Shown: one piece after another, positions 59,150 through 64,000 of the stretch | Numbering within the stretch: position 1 is the stretch's first letter | Layout: each line of letters opens with the position of its first letter | Source of the DNA: Eledone cirrhosa | Lineage: Eukaryota | Direction of reading: 5' to 3' | DNA length: 64,000 nucleotides | Assembly (NCBI GenBank): GCA_964016885.1 | Contig: OZ024740.1 | Coordinates: forward strand, 397,668,001 to 397,732,000 | Position numbers and translations under genes: made by a program | Notes under the pieces: generated by a model | Seen by the model: only the letters and a program-made list of their open reading frames with translations | The model's database searches: none | What the model was told of the DNA's origin: nothing

Positions 59150-60387
59150 CACTGTTCTCATTGCTACTTATCTATCTATGTCACTTACATTATTAGTGTA
59201 ATTATTTACCGTTTAATTATATAATACTTGCACTATTTTGTATTAGGAGCCCATTATTGTAAATAATAACATAACACCTTTGGCAAGCAAATAAAATTTC
59301 TCTCTTTATTTCACATACAAGAGTGTAAATAGGTAGAGTTGTTAAGGTGTCAGATTGAAAATGCCTCAGTATTTGTTCCAGTTCACTGTGCTCTGAGTTC
59401 AAATCCTACCAAGGACAATTTTGCCTTTCATCCTTTTGGGGGTCAATAAATAAAGAACCAGTCAAGCACAGTTCTTCATCTCCCTGGAAGAAATCACCAG
59501 TGTTCTGACCTGAAGAAGAATGTTCTGTGCCAAATTAAGAATGTCCAAGACATACTCTGTAGGACAGCACCCCTAGGACATTATCAGAAGTTAAGGGGCC
59601 TTCTTATCTCATGTACACTTTTTTATTCTTTTGCTGATTTCAGTCATTGGACTGTGGCCTTGCTGGGCCACTGTCTTCAAGGGATTAGATAACTTGAGTA
59701 CTTTGTCTCCTGCTTATTTTATCGACCACCAATTATTGAATGGCTAAGTGCACTTCAGAGACTAAATACTTCAAGGTATTTTTGTTTAATGAACCAATTT
59801 GTTCAGCATTCCCTTGCTAACACTCATCACAGCTTCTGCACACTAAATTTAATCTACAAAACATTAGTTAATCTGAATTCATGGTCAATGACAATGCCCA
59901 AAGTGCCATGCAGTGGAATTGAACCTAAATCCATTTCGTTGTGAAATGAACTTCTTAATAACACAACTATGCCTGTGTATATATGAAATGTAATGGACCT
60001 CCTTCAGTTTTGATAAGTGTTCCAGGTTAATGGAACAGCCTCTTGTGACATTAATGTGCAAGTGGCTGAGCATTCCACAAACATATGTTCCCTCAACATA
60101 ATTCTCAATGAGATTCAGCATGATACATTGTGTAACAAAGTTGGTCTTTTGAATTAAAGTTACAGTCATTCTTGAAGGGCTTCCAAACAGTTTTTATCTA
60201 CCTAATTTAACTCACAATGTTTGGGTCAATGTGAGACTATGATAAAAGACATTTGCCCAAGATGCAATGTAATGCAATCAAACCTGGGACCTCATGATTC
60301 CAAAGAATTTGATCATGCTGCATTTGCACACACTCACACACACACACACACACATGTATGTCTGGATGTACAAATGTGAGAAAGTAA

Positions 60388-60690
60388 TCATCATCATCAT
60401 CATCATCGTTTAACGTCCATCTTCCACGCTAGCATGGGTTAGACAGTTTTGTTCCATTTGATACGAGAATGGTCGGGAGACCGTGTCTTGTTCGTACGGA
60501 AATGTCTGTGGCAGGTTTTTTATAGCTGGATGCCCTTCCTAACACCAACCACACTTACAGTGTGGACTGGGAGCCTTTTTACCATGTCTCCTACACGACC
60601 ACCTTACAGTGTGGACTGTTGTGTCATCGACACAGTGGATGGAACGGAAATGGGAGGACGGGGTGGGGTGTGTGGGGTGGGGTGTATATC
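60388..60690 (-). mobile_element. RTE 3' UTR fragment
   Basis: (CAT)n-CGTTTAACGTCCATCTTCCACGCTAGCATGGG terminus and GGATGCCCTTCCTAACACCAACC motif, shared with the other RTE copies. Confidence 0.8.
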
Positions 60691-61068
60691 GGGTTAACAA
60701 TACATGTAATAGAGTTTACTTATTCATTGGAAGCTGACAACTCATTCTGTTGCCACTCCAAATTTTCTACTATTGTGCATTCATACGTTCATTCTCTTGT
60801 CAACTGAATGAACAGACAGAAGCAACAAACTTAAAGTACTGTAGCAGTAAATCATCAAATTTGAACAGATATATCAGTTGGCCATTTTGAACTACAACAA
60901 TTGAAATTTGAAAGATGATTTGTACTTCATAATAAATGTTCAGTGTCCTAATTCCAGGATTCTTGAAATTTATCTCCATACATTTTGTTTTGTTTTGTTT
61001 CTTTTATAACTATATGTTCATATATTCCTCTTAATTAATAGTACATTTTCTATGTTTTTATCTTGAAG

Positions 61069-61188
61069 GTTGATCTTACGAGAGAATTTATTTTCCGAAA
61101 TAGTGGCCAGACTTACAATGGAATCCCTGTTATGGCCTCAAATATGGATACAGTTGGAACTTTTGAGATGGCTAATACTCTCGCCAAG
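61069..61188 (+). CDS. GMPR: GMP reductase, second coding exon (gene continues beyond the window)
   Basis: Pyrimidine tract plus AAG acceptor. Reads [40 protein letters not shown] with the GMPR signature G.P...[11 protein letters not shown]. 120 nt, phase 0/0, donor GTTTGT. Confidence 0.96.
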
Positions 61189-62099
61189 GTTTGTTAAGTG
61201 CATTGTTAATAAATTTTCAACATGAGTATATCATCATCATTGTCATTATCAACACCACAACCACCACCATCATCATCATCATCATCATCATCGTCACCAC
61301 CACCATCACCACCATCATTTAACATCTGTTCTCCCTTAAAATACATAACTGTCTCTACATCCAGAATTCATTGTTGAGTTTGTTTCTCATCTGTCTTTCT
61401 GTGGTTGATAAAATAAGTATCATAACATTACTGTAGTTGTGTGGCTAGGTTGACATACTTGCTGTGTTATATGACCCAACTCAAAGGTTAGATGTATTGT
61501 AGATGTATTGTATTATTTAATGAAGCTAACAGCCTGATATGGGAGCTAAACTTGGCTATTGAATAGGGCTTCTGGAATAAATGCCTCATATGACTGCAGC
61601 ATTACTTTGTTGATTAAAGTATGATACTTCAATAAAGGGATTGAACTAATACATACTGGACGTGTTATAAAGAGTGAAAACAAAAGGAAACATATAGAAA
61701 GCTGCTGCAGTCTAAAATCTAAACCCCCAAAAGGAAAGCAAACACAATTACTAGAACAACTAAATTTTGATAAATACCCAAGAACGAGGGACTTGTCAGA
61801 GTATTTGTGGAAACACTTGGTAAGAAATGCCAAGTGGCTTACAACTGCCTAAGACATGCTTTCAAATGAGTGTTTTCTATTTGGAAGATAGTAGAAAGTA
61901 TTGACAAGTGGTAGCTAATGTTGAAACATGAGGTGGGTCAATTAGTTTCAAGTAATTTCACTGCTTCTACAAAAATGAAATGACAAGGGAAATAAGTATA
62001 TTTATTAAAAGAAAGAAAAAGAAAAGGAAAACAAATGTGTTTGAAGTTATTTCAACAATATGAACTCATATTAAATATGAGTTTATACATATACGTGCC

Positions 62100-63388
62100 T
62101 CCTCCTCCTCTCCCTTTTTGGCAGCTTGCATTTGAGATCATATTCTTTTGGTTATTACCCAAAATTCATGATCATAGGTAAGGGTTGACATGAATACCGA
62201 ACTGATGATAGTGAGTTAGGTTTTTACACCTACCTCCCTTCTGATAACTGAATGCTGAAGCTGACACATTACTGCACCAGCTCCTACCTTCCATCACTCC
62301 TGAACATGGCCCTGAGATATTTGAATTTCTCCACCAGCTTCAATAGAACTTCACTCTCATGTAGAGTGCACTGTGCAGGCTTCCTTGAGAGGATGGGTGC
62401 CTCAGTCTTTGCAGTACTGATTTTCATTTCTGCTGTGCAGCACTTGGCAGCAAACCTATCTAGTGCATGTCAGAGATCACCCTCTGACAAGTTAAGTAGT
62501 ACCATGACATTCACAAATTCCAACCAACTGATGCTACATCCACGAGTCTTGATACCACTTCCAACTTGGCTGCGCATGTCAATCCTGTCCATGATGAAAA
62601 TGAACAGGAGAGGTGACAGTATGCACCACTGGCAGAGTCTGACACCCATATTGAATGGTTTCGAGTTAACACCATTTATCCAAACACAGATATTAGGGCA
62701 TTTGTATAGAGACATCAGGGTAACAAGAAGCTGTCCATCGATTCCATAGTCTTGCAGAATCTTCCACAACAGGTCCTGTGGAATGCAGTCATATGCCTCT
62801 TCGAAGTCTACAACACAAGCATACACCTCTTGGCAATACTCCTTGGATTTCTCACAAACGTGCTGTAGTATGAATATTTGGTCAACTGTACTGTGTCAGA
62901 GTCGAAAACACACCTTGTCAATCTCCCTACATCTCTTTGCCAGACACTCAGCACATACTTTACCCAGGAGGCTTAATGAGGAGATCCCTCTATAATTGGA
63001 GCCATCTTCTTGGCTGCCTTTTTGAAAACTGGAATTATCAATCACCATTGCCACTGCTTAGGTGTCTTTCCAGAGATCTAGGCCACCTAGCACACATGAG
63101 TCAGTCAGAGAATACTTTCTCTATTTAATGGCCAAATTTCATATTGGGTCAAACTTCATCCTCCCTAGTGTCTTTGCTACATTTAACCTCTTTAGTTGCT
63201 CTTGTGACCTCAGACTCTGAGAGGTTAGTCATTGCTCCCAGATGCACCCTGTATATATCAGCAGATGCTGTTGTGACCAGGTTTAGGAGATCAGCAATGT
63301 TTTCTCACTACTACTCGAGGATGCAGCTCTCAGAAGAGAGGAGAACCCCAGATGCATTCCTGATAGCGGTGTGGAGGAAGACCTTTTA
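62100..63388 (-). mobile_element. Decayed Expander/Rex3-like RTE RT fragment (apparently resumes after about 63845)
   Basis: ORF 62470-62826 reads VDFEEAYDCIPQDLLWKILQDYGIDG...GVRLCQWCILSPLLFIFIMDRI. Confidence 0.75.
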
Positions 63389-63399
63389 GGAGATTAGTA

Positions 63400-63840
63400 T
63401 CGGTGTACATATAACATAAAAAAGACAGTAAATACCGGTGTGTGTGTTATAATAATGTTTTTACTTCATGGAAGTCAAAGGTATTAAATATTAAGGATTT
63501 GTTACCCGATGGTCATAATTCGAGGCTGAAGTTGGTAGAGAAAAGAAGAGATCTTTTCTAGCTGGTATTGACATCTTAGGCTCTCAGGCTGCAAGTTGCA
63601 TTGTTCTTGGTGGCGCAGGATTATCAAGAAGGAATCATCACAAGCTAAGGTCGCAGGTGTTACCACTTCAGAAATCGGGAAGCAAGAGAGAAATATCGTG
63701 GTAACCTGCTCCTTTTATAGGAGTTGACCGGAAGTGACCAACAGGGAGTCTGTCAATCCCAAAGGGAAGCAACTCCAGCTACTTCCTGTCTAGAGAGCGG
63801 TGATGAGATTGTCATGACAAGAGAGGCAACTCTTGCTACA
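63400..63840 (-). mobile_element. Solo LTR related to the 30.3-32.3 kb element
   Basis: Shares TTTTATAGG..TGACCGGAAGT, CTACTTCCTGTCTAGAGAGCG and the terminus GAGGCAACTCyTGCTACA. Left boundary uncertain; no TSD identified. Confidence 0.7.
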
Positions 63841-64000
63841 ATCTCTTATTACGAAGTCAGTGGATGGTCTGCCAGAACACTATAGTTGCTGACCTAAAAT
63901 TGGATTCCAGCTTAATGTTAAAGTCCTCTCTTAATTTTGGGTACTTTTACTGTCTCTGCTGTGATTTTTTTGGTGCCTGCTTGTACTGCAAGTGTAAGAA

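Overview
AT-rich, intron-rich, repeat-dense eukaryotic DNA. It is most likely from a coleoid cephalopod (octopus-like); this is inferred from the repeat content (RTE LINEs with (GAT)n tails, Meta- and CORE-type tRNA-SINEs, (TA)n/(CA)n tracts) and is not proven. Two + strand host genes are readable with clean, in-phase GT-AG splicing: the last three coding exons of PDAP1 (1-118, 10302-10453, 11388-11437) and the first two coding exons of GMP reductase GMPR (36497-36583, 61069-61188; intron about 24.5 kb). The rest is mostly decayed mobile DNA: RTE, RTE-X and Expander-like LINEs, CRE-like RLE fragments, Penelope-like (PLE) fragments, non-autonomous Helitrons, MITEs, a 2-kb non-coding LTR element and a 2.3-kb 55-bp minisatellite. 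I found no intact autonomous element and no novel protein-coding system. The most interesting signals are non-coding: (i) five minimal type I hammerhead ribozyme motifs linked to PLE termini, four of them sharing a pyrimidine mismatch at the same stem II position; (ii) a series of fold-back palindromes, one centred on the predicted ribozyme cleavage site; (iii) an LTR carrying a captured tRNA-Trp fragment with a substitution exactly at A58; (iv) two apparently independent SINE insertions at the same nucleotide of two Helitron copies, one with a 154-bp snap-back inversion. All alignments and folds were done by eye, and repeat boundaries are approximate unless a TSD or terminal motif is quoted.
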